From: Anolis carolinensis | Taxonomy: Eukaryota | Length of the DNA stretch: 64,000 nucleotides | Direction: 5' to 3' | Assembly (NCBI RefSeq): GCF_035594765.1 | Contig: NW_026943823.1 | Span: 1,240,001-1,304,000 of the forward strand | Shown: piece by piece, positions 63,875 to 64,000 of the stretch | How positions within the stretch are numbered: position 1 is the stretch's first letter | Layout of the letters: each line of letters begins with the position of its first letter | Made by a program: the position numbers and the translations under genes | Notes under the pieces: model-generated | The model's input: only the letters and a program-made list of their open reading frames with translations | What the model was told of the DNA's origin: nothing | The model's database searches: none

Positions 63875-64000
63875 GTGAGCCACCCCGAGTCCCTTCGGGG
63901 AGATGTTGGCGGGATACAAAAATAAATTATTATTTTTATTATGATTATTATTATTGTTATTATTGTGAGCCACCTTGAGTCCCTTTGGGGAGATGGTGGC
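62919..64000 (+). repeat. Tandem array (at least 12) of L2-type 3' stem-loop tips separated by (ATT)n
   Basis: GTGAGCCGCCCYGAGTCCCTTTGGRGAGATGKTGGCRGGATACAAAAATAAAGT repeated every ~77-102 bp. Confidence 0.9.

Noticed and set aside
62888-63973. 361-aa Asn-rich ORF
   Set aside because: By-product of a 3n-length unit plus AAT repeats; antisense within a COMMD5 intron
62919-64000. CRISPR-like repeat-spacer appearance (also 19830-21700, 36241-36690, 38057-38652)
   Set aside because: Vertebrate intronic DNA, spacers are plain (ATT)n, repeats are retroelement tails or local sequence, and there are no cas genes

Overview
Vertebrate genomic DNA, almost certainly squamate (Anolis-like repeats: Sauria SINE, Penelope, R4/Dong, L2, CR1, mariner/hAT MITEs, abundant (TAA)n), with five N gaps. 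I reconstructed five spliced genes from GT-AG boundaries. (1) Exons 1-3 of a GPR83-like/GPR165-type GPCR (minus, runs off the left edge). (2) A complete 11-exon PGK1 (plus, 417 aa). (3) A 5-exon divergent ARX-like paired-class homeobox gene (minus; exon 1 spans a gap). (4) A complete 6-exon FAM199X (minus, 391 aa). (5) The first coding exon of an intron-containing COMMD5 (plus), head-to-head with FAM199X. The most interesting feature is the homeobox gene. It has ARX exon architecture but is too divergent to be ARX itself and has a decayed OAR tail. It lies 3' of FAM199X, where mammals carry ESX1, so it is a candidate ARX ohnolog or pro-ortholog of ESX1. Other notable items: minimal hammerhead motifs in Penelope termini, TAA-targeted R4/Dong insertions, arrays of LINE 3' tips with microsatellite spacers, a non-autonomous Helitron, a ~190-nt hairpin in the probable FAM199X 3'UTR, and an AT-rich minisatellite splitting the FAM199X/COMMD5 CpG island. 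All family assignments and reference comparisons are from memory; no searches were run.
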